Origin: Hemiscyllium ocellatum
Lineage: Eukaryota
DNA length: 63,648 nt
Direction: 5' to 3'
NCBI RefSeq assembly: GCF_020745735.1
Contig: NW_026867509.1
Span: 1,674,353 to 1,738,000, forward strand
The translations under genes and the position numbers were made by a program. Below are positions 1 through 12,622 of this stretch, one piece after another. Numbering within the stretch: the stretch's first letter is position 1; every line of letters begins with the position of its first letter. The notes below the pieces were generated by a model. It saw nothing but the letters and a program-made list of their open reading frames with translations. It searched no databases and was not told where the DNA came from.

Positions 1-1032
1 GTGGTAAAGGATACGAAAGATATAGACGGTCGGGAAATAGATGATGAAAGCTTGCAAAAAATTCTAGATTCCAGACAAGGAAGTGCTGGATAAGGGTATA
101 GATGGATAAATCTCCAGACCTGATCAGGTATACTCAAGAACACTGTGGGATCTAGAGAAGTGATTGCTGGCATCTTGCTGAGATATTTATATCATCGATA
201 GTCACAGGTGAGGTGCCAGAAAGACTGGAGGTTGACAGACTTGGTGCCACTGTTTAAGAAGGATGGTAAAGACAAGCCAGGGATTTTTGACAGATGAGCC
301 TGACCGCAGTGGTGGGCAAGTTGTTGGAGGAATCCTGAGGGACAGGATGTACATGTACTTGGAAAGCAAGGACTGATTAGGAATAGTCAACATGGTCTTT
401 TGCGTGGGAAATCATGTCTCGCAAACTTGATTGAGTTCTTTGAAGTATTAACAACGAGGATTGATGAGGGCAGATAAGTAGATTGAGCAATATGGACTTC
501 AGTAAGGCGTTCGACAAGGTTCCCCATGGGAGACTGATTATCGAGGTTAGGTCTCAAGGAATAAAGGGAGAACTAGCCATTTGGATCCGACACTGGCTAA
601 AAGGTAGACGACAGAAGGTGGTGGTGGAGGGTTGTTTTTCAGTCTGGAGGCCTGTGACCAGTGGAGTGCCACAAGGATCAGTGCTGGGTCCTCTACTTTT
701 TGTCATTTCCATACATGATTTGGATGCGAGCATAAGAGGTACAATTAGTAAGTTTGCAGATGACACCAAAATTGGAGATGTAGTGGACAGCGAAGAGGGT
801 TACCTCAGATTACAACAGGATCTGAACCATATGGGCCAATGGGCTGAGAAGTGACAGGTGGAGTTTAATTCAGATAAGTGTGAGGTGCTGCATTTTTGGA
901 AAGCAAATCTTAGCAGGACTTATACACTAATGGTAAGTTCATAGGTAGCGTTGCGGAACAAAGAGACCTTGCAGTGGAGGTTCATAGCTCCTTGAAAGTG
1001 GAGTCGCAGGTAGATAGGATAGTGAAGAAGGT
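1..1032 (+). mobile_element. CR1-clade LINE ORF2 (reverse transcriptase) fragment, decayed, cut off at ~1032
   Basis: ORF 483-854 has DFSKAFDKVPH, GVPQGSVLGPLLF and KFADDTK, which are CR1 RT motifs; flanks continue with stops and frameshifts. Confidence 0.92.
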
Positions 1033-1767
1033 GATAACCTTTTCCTCCGCTACATCGATGACTGCATTGGCGCTGCCTCGTGCTCCCACAAGGAGGTTGA
1101 ACAGGTCATCTACTTTACCAACTCCTTCCACCCCGACCTCAAATTTACCCGGACCATCTCAGACTCCTCCCTCCCCTTCCTCGACCTCTCCATTTCTATC
1201 TCGGGCGACCGAATCAACATGGACATTTGATATAAACCAACTGACTCCTACAGCTACCTAGACTACACCTCCTCCCACCCTGCCTCCTGTAAAAACGCCA
1301 TCACATTTTCCCAATTCCTTCGTCTCCGCCGCAACTGCTCCCAGGAAGACCAGTTCCAATACCGTAAAAACCAGATGGCCTCCTTCTTCAAAGACTGCAA
1401 TTTCCCCCCAGACGTGATTGACGATGCCCTCCATCGCATCTCCTCCACTTCCATCTCCTCTACCCTTGAGCCCCGCCCCTCCAATCGCCACCAGGACAGA
1501 ACTCCACTGGTCATCACCAACCTCCATATGCATCGTATCATCCGTCGTCATTTCCGCCACCTCCAAACGGACCCCACCACCAGGGATATATTTCCCTCCC
1601 CTCCCCTATCAGCGTTCCAAAAAGACCACTCCCTCCATGACTCCCTCGTCAGGTCCACACCCCCCACCAACCCAACCTCCACTCATTGCACCTTCCCCTG
1701 CAACCACAAGAAATGAAAAACCTGTGCCCACACATCCCCCCTTACTTCCCTCCAAGGCTCCAAGGAT
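1033..1767 (+). mobile_element. Penelope-like retroelement fragment (RT C-terminal half, linker, start of Cys motif)
   Basis: Frame 1 reads LFLRYIDDCIG (YIDD at 1051-1062), then LPFLDLSI, YKPTD, YLDYTSSHP; it continues in ORF 1375-1716 to FPCNHKK*KTC, typical of Penelope RT before the GIY-YIG domain. Confidence 0.85.
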
Positions 1768-1769
1768 AG

Positions 1770-4345
1770 TTAAATTTTCCCATACGTGTCGTACATGCCA
1801 AATGGTAGGTAATAAAACCAGAACCTTTGTTGCCAATTTCAACATTTTAAAAACTTTTCACATAGATTATAATTCATTGTGTAGGTCCCCTCCCGAGAAC
1901 TAAATGTGGGAACCAGTACTGGTTCTGCATAGTGGATGTGTCTACCAGATTTCTAGAGGCAATTCCATCCCGATTTTCAAGGAAATAAAATGTGGTAGAG
2001 GAGTTGGTAGTTTTCTTGACAAGGTATGGGCTATCCAGAGGAGATTCAGTCGGACCAAGGATCTAGTTTTAACTGCTCACCTTTTTAAGAATGGCATGGA
2101 TGGCTTCGGTATACATCACTTTAAATCCAGTGCATATCAACCTGAATCGTAGGGAGCTTTAGAAAGGTGATATCAGACCTTGAAGACCATTTAAAGAGCA
2201 TACTGTGAGGATTACCAGTATGATTGGGATAAAGGTATCCCATTCGTATTGTTTGCCATTACAGATATGCCAAACCAATCTACTCAGTTCACTCCCTCTG
2301 AGTTAATGTTCGGTCATGAAGTGAGAGGCCCTTTGAAATTAATTAAGGAAACAATTGACAGGTCCAAAGTCTGAGATCTCACAATTAGATTATGCAACGG
2401 AGGTGAGGGAGAGTTTAAATCGAGTAGGTAGATTAGTTTAACAGCACCTAAGATGGCACAGTGTACAATGAAGCACGTGGCAGATTAAAGCTTTGACAGT
2501 CGGAAGTTTTCCCAAGGGGATAATGTGTCAGTACTGTTACCAATGGTGGCAGATCCTTTCAAAGCCAGGTTTAGTCGTCCTTATCAAATTGAGAAAAAGT
2601 TGAGTCAGGTGAACTATTTAGTGAAGATGCCAGATAGGAAAAAAAGCTATCAGGTATGCCTTACGAAAAGTTGAAATAGTATTACATGACAGAGAGTGAA
2701 CTGGAGAAACAGGTGTTAGTTACTGCCCCGCGGAGTGAGAAATCCAATTCAGACGACATGGATTTTGAGGTGACTCAAAACACTTTTAAAAATGACGAAG
2801 TCCTTGAGGAGTGGGATAGATTAGTTATCTCTCTGTCTCAAGAGCATAGAACGGATTTGAAAGATCACCACTACACTATAAGGATATGTGTAAGAATCAG
2901 ATGGGGAGGAAAAATGCTACTGTACATAAAGCTGACGTAGGGAATACTACTCCAATACAACAACATCCCTAACGTCTTAATCTCTCAGAGCCAGACAGCT
3001 CCAGTGGAGGTGGAGGCCATACTCGACGAGAACACCTTCGAACCAAGCCAGAGCGAGTGAAGTTTGCTGATCATCTTAGTTCCCAAACCGGATGGGACTC
3101 AAAGATTCTGCGTGGATTATCGGAAGTTCATTGCTGTTACAAAATCGGATTCATATCCAATTCCTAGATTGCTGGACTTTAACGAGAAATTTTGACAAGC
3201 CAGTTACATCACACAGTTGGACTTAATGCCTGGTTACTGGCAAGTATATTTATCAGAGTTGGCTGAAGAAATTTCTTCTTTTGTCAAACCAAAATCAGTT
3301 TAAAGTGATGCTCTTTCGAATGAAGAACGCACCCGCCACATTCCAAAGACCCATGAAATGTTGTGGCTGGGTTAACAAACTGTGCAGTCGATTTGGACGA
3401 TGTGGTGAACTGGAACCATTATATGGTACAGTTGGCAGAGATCTTTGAACAACTACCAGAAACAAACCTGGTGAATAACCTAAATAAAACGGAATATGCA
3501 AAAACGGAGGTGACGTTCTTGGGACATAACATTAGTAATGGAAGACTGACCCCCCTCCCCCCCACCCCCCCCCCCCCCCCGCGGAACGCAGCAAGAAAGC
3601 TATCGAGGAATTTTCACTACCACACTTGAAGAAAGAGGCACTTCGATTCTTCGGACTCAGCAGATACTATCGGAAGTTTGTTCCAAACTTTAGCAGTATA
3701 ATGGCACTGTTAAACCATTTGCTGAAAAAGAACACATAGTTTCGGTGGACAGAACCATGCCAGAAGACATTTGAACATTTCAAATTGATATTAACCACCA
3801 AACCAGTTTTAGCTCGACCACACTGTTCAAACCAAAGTCGCCATTGATGCTAGTGACAGTGGAGTTGGAGCTGTCCTCCAACAGGAAAATGAGGACGGGA
3901 TTGATTCATTTTAGAAGAAGATCAACATCCGCCAGAGGAAATGCTCCAAAATAGAAAATGAACTTTTGAATACGGTACTGTCCTTACAGTATTTTAATGT
4001 GTATGTCACGAGCAATGTGTCGGAGACGATTGACCACAAACCGATTACTTTCTTAGAACGTTTTGAAGATAAGAATATGATCTCATTGGAGTCTTATGTT
4101 ACAGACTTTTAATTTTAAAATCGTAGATGTCACGTCAGAAGAATATAATTATGGACATTTAATCGCGGATTGAACAGATAGAGTTTAGATTAGATTTATC
4201 TTTGTTCAATGTTTTGTGTACGTGTATAGGTATAGGGAACAAATTAAGGTATCATTATATGAATGTTATCGGTATGTTAGGGTAATGTATTTTAAAGGTA
4301 CAAAGCTGAAACCGTCTTTTTATTTTGATGGTTCATTTTATTCTT
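1770..4345 (+). mobile_element. Gmr1-like Ty3/Gypsy LTR retrotransposon internal pol (integrase, then RT, then RNase H), decayed and 5'-truncated
   Basis: Integrase CVGPLPRTK..GNQY..TRFLEAIP (~1880-1970), IQSDQGSSF (~2045), ELMFGHEVRGP (~2300), GPY/F-like RFSRPYQIEKK (~2570); RT LVPKPDGTQRFCVDYRK (~3075-3125), KNAPATFQR (~3320); RNase H IDASDSGVGAVLQQ (~3843-3885). Confidence 0.87.
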
Positions 4346-4356
4346 AAGGGAAGAGG

Positions 4357-5074
4357 TGTTATGAAGATGTGGGTGTACTTTAAGATAGTTAAAAGCAGCA
4401 GAATTATCGATATAAGACCAAGTCTCCTCAATGAGGCACCAATGTATGTAACACTTAGTAAACCGACTTGATTAGCTCCTTGCCTGGAGACAAAAATAAA
4501 CTCGAATTTGGTCAATCAGGTTAAATTATACTCCGCAAAAAAGCCAATTTCCAATCAAATTTGAATTTGGTATATTGACGATCTTAAAGACCAATGACAC
4601 AACCCAATACTCTGAGGAATATGACCATAGGAAAATTGAAGAGTTGTGAGGACAATTGCCAAGTCCTAGCATGTAACAGACTGCGTGAAAAAGTAAAAGC
4701 CTTAAAATTACCTTTTCGATTAGTAACCTTTGACGCAGAAATTCCTAACAAGGAATAAAGAAGATACAGGAAGGCTCATAAACAAGAACCTACAGCTGCC
4801 TGGTTTTGAGATAAGAAGTGCTGTTTTGCAAGTTAGAGTTGGGAGTTTTATTGGACTAATATTATAGAACGGAAAGTAAACGATAGGTCAGAGAAGGAAA
4901 TTGTAAATAGTGGCTGGTTAATTGTTCTCTGTTATTCTTTAAGAAATAAACCTGTTAATTTTAACTTTAAACAGTTCTTGGCCACTCGATAGTTTACAGA
5001 TTACTACACGGGATAAATCTTTTCTGTGTCGTTGGCTTTAAATTAAGCAGGAGCGTTTACCCCAAGCCGTAACA
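4357..5074 (+). mobile_element. 3' LTR (~718 bp) of the Gmr1-like element, preceded by a polypurine tract
   Basis: PPT AAGGGAAGAGG at 4346-4356 directly before TGTTATG (4357); ends CGTAACA (5068-5074), an imperfect terminal inverted repeat with TG...CA; AATAAA at 4945-4950. Confidence 0.8.
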
Positions 5075-5106
5075 CCGAAACAGACACGTGTTCCCTATCA
5101 TCTTTA

Positions 5107-5520
5107 ATGAAGACAATTGCATCGTTGCCTGGTGAATTTGTTACGAAAGACGTATTGCACGTAGCAGGTATTTTATTTATTACTTGCCTTTTGAAACATG
5201 CCGTAACTGTATTACAGCACCGAATTGCACGGATTCAATGTCACAAGATCAATTTAAATTAACGATTCAGAATGAGATATCATAAATCTGGGCTTCCGTT
5301 ATTTGACAACCTAATCCACTACAAACATGTCCTTGTAAATCAGGTATCACCATGTAGGTCTGAAATATTTACTGAAACTATATAACACGAGAAGATGAGA
5401 AAAGTCTCCAGTTTTAACAGGAAGGTGAGCTGAAACTTTAATGAAAGTAAACAAACCCATTGCTTTCAATATTTCCGGCCTCCAGTTTTTCATATCTATA
5501 CATCTTTGTGCCAGGGAGCC
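5107..5520 (+). pseudogene. TCR alpha/delta-type V pseudogene (leader 5107-5167, V exon 5218-5520)
   Basis: ATG leader ends G|GT in phase 1; the 50-bp intron splices in frame to APNCTDSMSQDQ; later frame YHHVGLKYLLKLYN..EKSPVLTGR*..FNISGLQ..HLCARE; several stops and a frameshift; followed by a 23-RSS. Confidence 0.7.
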
Positions 5521-5559
5521 CACACATCTGCAGAAATATTGAGAACCCTGCCAAAAACC
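5521..5559 (+). other. 23-bp-spacer recombination signal sequence of the V pseudogene
   Basis: CACACAT (5521-27) + 23 nt + CCAAAAACC (5551-59). Confidence 0.75.
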
Positions 5560-7189
5560 CTGCACTGAGAATTCCAGTCAGTGTCTATCAGAGGGCGCTT
5601 TCAAATCGATAAATTAAACAATTCTTCTGAAATGAAAACAGAGCATACTGAAGTGGCTGAGGAGGTCTGGCACCATCTGTGGAGAGAGAAACAAAGTCAG
5701 CGTGTCGAGGCTGCTGATGTGCCTCGAAGCCATGGAAGACTGAAAGAATACTACCAGCGCCCCGACAATTTATGCCATGATTTCCTTCAATGTCCTTCAA
5801 TGTAGCTCGTTCAATCCCAGTGTCTTGTCAAATTTAAGTTTCAATAGTCTATCCAAGTATAGCCTTTTCTAAATTTTGAACTCTTCTGGTGAAACCATTT
5901 CGTCCTCTATCACAATGGCTGAGAAGGTAATCCCATCATTTGTAAATATAGGTGCAGTAGTATTAATTTTACACATTATTCCTGCCCCCAACGTCCACGT
6001 GAAAATACCACTTTTCTGGTCTTTGGCTGTGCTCTGCATTTATAATGTCATCGTTGTCCAGCATGGGAACTGATCCTTCGGTCGATCTTCCCTGTCCTGA
6101 CAAAATACAAAAAGCTGGCATGATTCCATACATCAGTCCTGAACTGTTTATACACCAAGAGAAGACTTTGAGATTTGTTTGTGGTAGTTCCTCTTCGGTT
6201 TTCTATTTCGTGTGTGTATGTCCACATCAATATGTCTATGCTTGGGTGTTCAACTCTGCACGTAATGACATATGCTTAGACTGGAGGTTGAATGAATTAA
6301 AGTGTCAAAACCTCTCTGCCTGATGCTTGCTATTCCAACTAAAATAATGCAGTGTTACAACCTGCTGACGAATCTGTGCTATTGCACAGTAGCACTGTTA
6401 TTAGGGCTCCTCTTGGCTTGTTTTTCTGAGGGGTGCCATTTTAGTTTTTGGGGATTCCTTTCCATGCTCACTGACTAAATCATTTAATGATGCCATCAGC
6501 AAATAACAAAACTAAGGAAAGTACTTGCTCAACATCTGGTCTTCTGTTAGTTATCCAGTTATCTATTCACTATCAGATCACTGCAACGATGTAGTCTCTT
6601 GTTTCATTAAAATGTGGGACCTTATCAAACGTCGTCTGAAATTACAATTACATTATATCTCCTAATTTTGTTTTATTTTTCCTACCTCCATGCCGTCCAC
6701 GAATTTCTTTAAATTTGTCAGGCATGAATTCCCCTTTAATGAAGACATAATGGGTGCAGAGTTATAGGAAGAGAAGGCAAGTGGTATATTTATACGGTTA
6801 AGTGTACAATTCGGAGTTTAAAACGCATGATGATAGATAAAGTTCAGAATAAATACAGTAGTACAGACAGTAGTGTAACAGACAGCAAACTATAAAGGTT
6901 TAGATTGATGTGGGCCCCAGCGAAAGTACATCGTCATATGACTGTATACTATTTGTCAGTAAATATCACACTTCATTTGCAATGTTGAGCATTTCCAGAA
7001 GTGTTCAATTAATCACTAATCTGAATTTAATCTGGGTTGAGTATACATAAATAGCTTGATGCAGGAACTCATAAACTGAAGCAGGTATCCATGTTCCTGT
7101 TGAATAAAATACAACTGACTTTAATTGAAACCTGAAAAATAAGGTACGTTTGGAATTCGGACATAGATGGTTGTTAAGAAAAATTACGC

Positions 7190-7300
7190 ACACTGTTATG
7201 TGCATGAGTCAGAGGGAAGTGTGTACGGGTGGTTTACTCTTCGGAGGGTCGGTTTGGACTTGTTGGGACGAAGGGCTGCTTCCCACACTGTAGGTAATCT
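7190..7300 (+). mobile_element. 3' tail fragment of an HE1-like SINE or CR1
   Basis: GGTTTACTCTTCGGAGGGTCGGTTTGGACTTGTTGGGACGAAGGG..CCCACACTGTAGG matches the tails of the other SINE copies in the window. Confidence 0.6.
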
Positions 7301-8837
7301 AAATTGTAGGGACATTATGCCAATTCACCACAGGACAGTGGCAATGTCACATTCTAGTTAAGTTTGCATAATAATAACAATGATAATATTACGTCAGTAA
7401 TTCACCTGCATTGTCAGTGACGGCCTTTAAATAGTCATGAAATTACGACAACAGTGTCATAATTTATTCAATATGTCTCTGTCCGCGTAAACGGTGTAAG
7501 TACATATATTTCGTCCTATTCTAGTAAAATCAGCGACACCGTTCAAACATTCAAATGGCAAAAGTCACAAGAAGATAGCATTAAGTCGAAGCTGAGAAAA
7601 CACTTTGATAAAGTACTTTCTTCTTAACAAGAAGAAATTCCGCGTTTAAAGGAGTGCATTTATAACATTCATACCAAAAATAAACTCAATTGGCGAATTA
7701 ATATCCTTATATTGGACAGTGATGATGTGAAACTGAATTCATGCCATGGAACGTAAAGAAAAAAAAACATGTTAAACTAGAACATACAGATGTGCTTCAG
7801 GTAAAATTGCAGCATTTCTAGAACCAAACAATGATACTCTCACCTGCAAACTCTCGACAGGACTTGACCTGGCATTCCGTTAGCTCTTTGGATAGGAAGA
7901 TAAATGGCAAATCCCACAAATGCTGGTGTTCTGTGCATTTTTAACAAAGGCTCTGAGTGTGCTGTGCAATGTCCTAAAATGTTCTCTATTATTCATAATA
8001 ACAGGCTGCAGCGAGGTTATTAGTTGGTTTGATGATTTGAACTAATTACATTTGTTTCAGGTGACAAATAATTGCAGCTGCTGCTCGAATGAAGTTTTTG
8101 ATTTGGAGGAATATAATGTTTTTCCTTCATGGGATTTGACAAAGTTTAATTTGAGAATTAAAGAGAGTAATGATTATTCAAATTATATGAGTAACACAAC
8201 ACAACATATTATTTATAACTACGTGATAAAATCCTAGATTTTAGTGAGTAACTTTGTGGTTACATCTATTTAAAATCTAAATAATTTGGTAACAATTTAC
8301 CATTGTCTGTCAAATTGTGTGTTCTAGCTATTAGAGCCAATGCAAGCGTCTGGAGGCCAGGGAACAAACAAAGTTTATATTTTTATACAAAGATAAAGTA
8401 TTTTCCACAAAAAGGCAACAGTTGTTGCTGAGACTTTGAATTTAAGCTGCTGACACATCAGTTTCATTGTTGAACTTAAAACGGTGGCCTTTAAAGTCGA
8501 GATCAGATCAAAATTTAAACTTGTGCTGTCTTGTGCCAAAGATTAAAGAAGCGATAATATGAAGATTAACAGAAGACTGTAAAGTGGCCCTCTGCAACAG
8601 CATCTAATTGGTCAGTCATTGTTTACACAAGAGTGTGCTTAACTCCTGTTTTTAACAATCCAACTATCAATGAAAATTAAGCATGCAGATCTATTCTGAA
8701 TAGTCGCATTCAGATATAATGTTCTGCAGATTGGCATCGACAGATTGGCAAGATTGTTTTTGCGTAACCAAATGCTCAGATTGTCTGTGAGTACCTGTGA
8801 ATATTGAACATCTTGAAGCATAGCTATCGCCTTCACA

Positions 8838-9124
8838 TAGAGAATCACGACAGTGTGGAAACAGGCCCACAACGACTCTCAGCAAAGTAACCCACCCAGA
8901 CAGATTCACCAACCTGATTACCTTATAATTACTCCTGACCAATGGGCAATTTATCATTGCTAATTCGCCAAACCTGCACATGTTTGGATTGTGGGAGGAA
9001 ACTGCAGCGCACAGTGAAAACCGATGCAAATACGGGGAAAATATGCACACTCCACATTGACAGTCAATTGAGATTAGTCTCGAACCGAGTCCCTGGCGGC
9101 AATGCTAACCACTGAGCCACCGTG
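8838..9124 (-). mobile_element. HE1-like tRNA-derived SINE, near full length
   Basis: Minus strand begins CACGGTGGCTCAGTGGTTAGCA (A box), has GGTTCGAGAC (B-box-like) and ends with the CR1-like tail GTTTCCACACTG. Confidence 0.85.
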
Positions 9125-9639
9125 ATACCTGCAGAACAATGCAGTCCAGGTTACTGAAATCCAGTTCAGTGAGGTAAATGTCACCTGGATCTGAATATAG
9201 AGAAACTGTGACATAAGTGACTCTTAAGAAAAAGAAGCTGAGTAAGCTGATTAACATCAAAACAAAGGACAAGACGAATGCAGGGAGGTTCAGCAGTTGC
9301 AGAAAGATCTAAAAAACAAATCAATGTACATAAATATTTGAAGTTGTCCGATAGGGTAGAAAGAATAAAAAGAAGTACATTATCTAAATGGCAAGAGTTG
9401 CAGAGCTCAGAGATGCAGAAGGGTGTCACGGTCCATGAAGAATGGCAGGTTAGGAATGACGAGCAGGAAATAATTAGGAAAATTGATAGAATATTTTCAT
9501 TTTTGTCCAATGGATCTCATAGAGCCATAGATTCACGTTTTGTTACTCAACCAGAGACGGCTATTCAACAGCTTAGTGTAAAACTCATGAAACTTCTGCA
9601 CATAACCTTCGCACTTTTTTGATATTCATAAGAAAGGCT

Positions 9640-10703
9640 ACTGCAAAAAAACACTGAGGTAGGACATTGAGGGTGAGTTAGAGGTTTGAATCAGGAATTG
9701 GCTGGCTGGAAGAAGACAGAGGGTAGTAGTTGATGGTAAAGGTTCATCTCTGAGTGCAATTACTAGCGGTTTTCGGCAAGGATCTGTTTTGGGACCATTC
9801 CTGTTTGTCATTTTCATAAATGACCTGGAGGAGGGGCTAGAAGGTTGGGTGAGCAAGTTTGCGGATGATACAAACGTCGGTGGAGTTTTTGGCAATGAGG
9901 AAGGATGTGGCAGGTTACAGCGGGATATAGATAAGCTGCAGAGCTGGGCAGAAAGATGGCAAATGGAGTTCAATGTAGGTAAATGTGAAGTAATTCCCTT
10001 TGGTAAGAGTAACAAGAAGGTGGAGCACTGGACTAATGGTCGGATACTTGGTAGTGTGGATGAGCAGAGAGATCTTGGTGTCCATGTAGGAAGAAGGCAT
10101 ATGGCATACTGGCTCTTATTGGTAGAGGAATTGAGTTCCAGAGTCCTGAGGTCATGTTGCAGTTGTATAAGTTTCTGGTTCGGCTGCATCTGGAGTATTA
10201 TGTGCAGGTTTGGTCGCCATACCATAGGAAGGATGTGGAGGCATTGGAACCGGGTGCAGAGGAGGTTTATCAGGATGTTGTCTGGTATGGTAGGAAGATC
10301 ATATGAGGAAAGCTGAGGCACTTGGGCTGTTTTCATTGGAGAAAAGAAGGTTTAAGGGTGACTTGATAGAAGTGCACAAGATGATTAGGGGTTTAGATAG
10401 GGTTGACCATGAGAACCGTTTTCCATGTATGGAGTCAGCTATTACGAGGGGGCATAGCTTTAAATTAGGCGGAGGTAGGTGTAGCGCAGATGTTAGGGGT
10501 AGATTCTTTACTCAGTGAGTCGTGAGTTCATGGAATGCCCTGCCAGTATCAGTGGTGGACTCTCCCTCTTTATGGGCATTTAAACGGGCATTGGATAGGC
10601 ATATGGAGGATAACGGGCTAGTGTAGGTTAGGTGGACTTGGGTCGGCGCAACATCGAGGGCCAAAGCGTCTGTTCTGCGCTGTATTAATCTATGTTCTAT
10701 GTT
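9640..10703 (+). mobile_element. CR1 LINE 3' end (RT C-terminus and 3' UTR)
   Basis: ORF 9789 has FVIFINDLEEG..KFADDT..WQMEFNVGKCEV; ORF 10303 has LGLFSLEKRRFKGDLIEV; ends in a CTATGTTCTATGTT tail. Confidence 0.92.
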
Positions 10704-10844
10704 AATATCCAATTCCCTCTTTAGTATCTCAATTAAAACTGACTGCAGCCTCTTCTAGGCTTTTCACCCATAAACATATGGCTCATTGTGTGAAAAAGAG
10801 TTTATGTCATCCATTTCGCAATGCTTCTTCCGGAATATTACAAG

Positions 10845-11400
10845 ATTAGAATATCATTTTATTGTCACGTGCACATTGCAAGAGTACAGTGAAAATCATT
10901 TGCAATGACTGCCTTCCTATAGCGAAATATTAGGGGTACACGTTTTCAGTACAAATCTTCAATACAACAGTCAAATACAAGTAATTGCATTATTATACCA
11001 AGTTGAAGAACACGTTTAAAAATATAAGTAGACATAATGTCACAGCAGCTCACCACAGTGTCTCTGTATGTGGTTGGACCAAGCACGCCAGGTCTCAGAC
11101 CGCCATCCACCAGCAATCCTCGCGCTGCTCTAAGCCACAGTTCATTTCATATCAGCATTGAACTGTTCCAGAGTAATTCATGGACTGCTTCCTCCGTACC
11201 AGTGTCTGCCTGTGACTCACTGCCTATCCGGTGCTCTGTGGCTGGTTGCTGGTGTGCTGCTGTAGGACTGCTTCCACGCACTGTTCTGTCCCCCTGCTTC
11301 AAACCGACAAACCTTACGCAGTTCCAGAGGTCGTGGCCCATTTGTTGCTTCGGGGCTATTGGTTCTTACAATGCACTGGGGCTAGTGGCCCACGTACTGT
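10845..11400 (-). repeat. Interspersed repeat (probable LINE 3' UTR), inverted homologue of 21240-21855
   Basis: 10845-10975 aligns by eye to the reverse complement of ~21700-21850; extent beyond that is approximate. Confidence 0.55.
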
Positions 11401-12622
11401 TAAATCGGTGTGTGCTGGCTCCTAATATTTTAGGAGAGGGAACACTTTCTCGCATTCTATTCTAAACAGAAACTTATACAGCATTCAGAAAGTTCTGCTT
11501 CAGATTCGCATTTGTTTGTGTGAACACAACTGTCGTTCTATGCACTGTACTGAACTCTAGTTCAGAAGAGTGAGAATGTATTGAAAGCAGTACACCGATA
11601 TTTTACTGAAGCAATGTCTCGAATGGTTGACTTGCGAAGTCAGCATGAACAGTTGAGACTTGTTAATTGGAGGCCAGAAGAGAAAGAGTCCATTTCACTC
11701 GCAAATATAAGACCTTGGTAGGTTTTCACAAGTCAAGTATATAAAGAATGTTTTATTTTCTCGGCGAAACTTGAACTCGGAATCCCAGGTGAACGATGAG
11801 GATTCGATCATTTACTACACAGATAAAGATGATTTATTTCCTCGCAGAGGTCTGTGAGGTTTTGGAACTTTCTTTCTCTACAGGCACTACAGCAGGTATT
11901 TGAACATTTTAAGGCAAATTTAGATACATTCTTGCTTTTAAAAAGGCATGGATCTTAATTGTCAGTCGATGGGAATGCGGAGGATTCAGATAAATCTTGG
12001 ACTTTTTAAACGTCACGACAGGCTTGAGTTTTTGAATCCAACTGTGAAATTGTACATTGGTATGAAACCCTTCATAAAATGAATACTTGAAGATGTTTCC
12101 AAACAGTGTTTCACGATGTTGACAATTCGACTGAGTTATCTCACATGTGAACCTAAGACTCAGAGGTCAGACAGATACGGATTGACTGAGTCCAAGGCGC
12201 TCTCCACCTGATTATATATTGAACCAAAATCATGCCAATCAGTTCAGGGGAATACTAATGACTCCATGTTAGTAATGGAATGTAGCGAGTGGGGTTTCCA
12301 GATTGTGAAAGAAATCGCGAGACCCTGGACCAACATTTCAAACTCAAAGAAAAGCACAAATGAAACCAGATGACCAACTTTCCCGCTCAGCTCTCTGGGT
12401 GGACGTAGATGCAGCCTCTACTCACACAACAGTTTCCAACCCCACCCCCTGTACGTCAGTGTAACGTTGGCAATGATTTCACATCCGGATCAAGAACAGC
12501 TGCATCTGCATGTTAACTTGATCATTCTGCTTCATTTTAGTCCAGCTCTGAGCTGCCTTCTCCCAGAGGAGCAGTCAGCTTCCAGACTGCATGAAACATC
12601 TGCTACACCAGGCAGCAGCACG

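Noticed and set aside
3550-3580. Poly-C tract (G4-forming on the minus strand) inside the Gypsy RT
   Set aside because: Likely a slippage expansion in a dead element; a similar run occurs at ~24803-24833
8838-9124. tRNA gene (A and B boxes)
   Set aside because: tRNA-derived SINE head followed by a CR1-like tail; the same applies at 33817, 34735 and 56480
9638-10336. 232-aa minus-strand ORF
   Set aside because: Antisense of the CR1 RT
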